From contig NC_134026.1 of the NCBI RefSeq assembly GCF_964204645.1, forward strand, positions 16,526,150 through 16,590,149: a DNA stretch of 64,000 nucleotides, written 5' to 3'. Within the stretch, counting starts at the first letter, position 1; the number at the start of each line of letters is the position of its first letter. This document shows positions 63,961-64,000 of this stretch, one piece after another. The stretch comes from Tubulanus polymorphus. Lineage: Eukaryota > Animalia > Nemertea. The position numbers and the translations under genes were made by a program. Under the pieces are notes generated by a model. The model ran no database searches, was not told the origin of the DNA, and was given only the letters and a program-made list of their open reading frames with translations.

Positions 63961-64000
63961 AATAACTCAGATCAAGAGTGACTCTCCCGTTATTAGGAAA

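Overview
Eukaryotic, repeat-rich genomic DNA, probably from an invertebrate animal (spliceosomal GT-AG exons, LINE/BEL/Penelope fragments, HINE-like elements). Most short ORFs in the track are spurious. A minus-strand host gene or tandem gene set with repeating cbEGF-VWA modules (exons at about 3.9, 11.5-12.4 and 50.0-51.9 kb) is interleaved with three decayed, very AT-rich Polinton/Maverick (adintovirus-like) endogenous viral elements: A about 1-3500, B about 31895-44834 and C about 52315-60960. Together they encode protein-primed PolB, an integrase with chromodomain, an A32-like packaging ATPase, capsid-like genes and an HNH nuclease. Headline observation: the pPolB of copy C carries an uninterrupted 355-aa intein with a LAGLIDADG homing endonuclease (55848-56912), inserted in catalytic motif C (YFD|TD), whose motifs resemble the giant-virus (Mimivirus-type) PolB intein as I recall it. 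NCLDV-like HNH genes, conserved promoter-like motifs and 3' hairpins further suggest a virophage-like element exchanging genes with a giant virus (inference). Other points: a deletion in copy B ending about 13 nt from the intein site, a Mutator-like MITE carrying a USP Cys-box exon, and an in-frame TGA at a conserved EGF cysteine.
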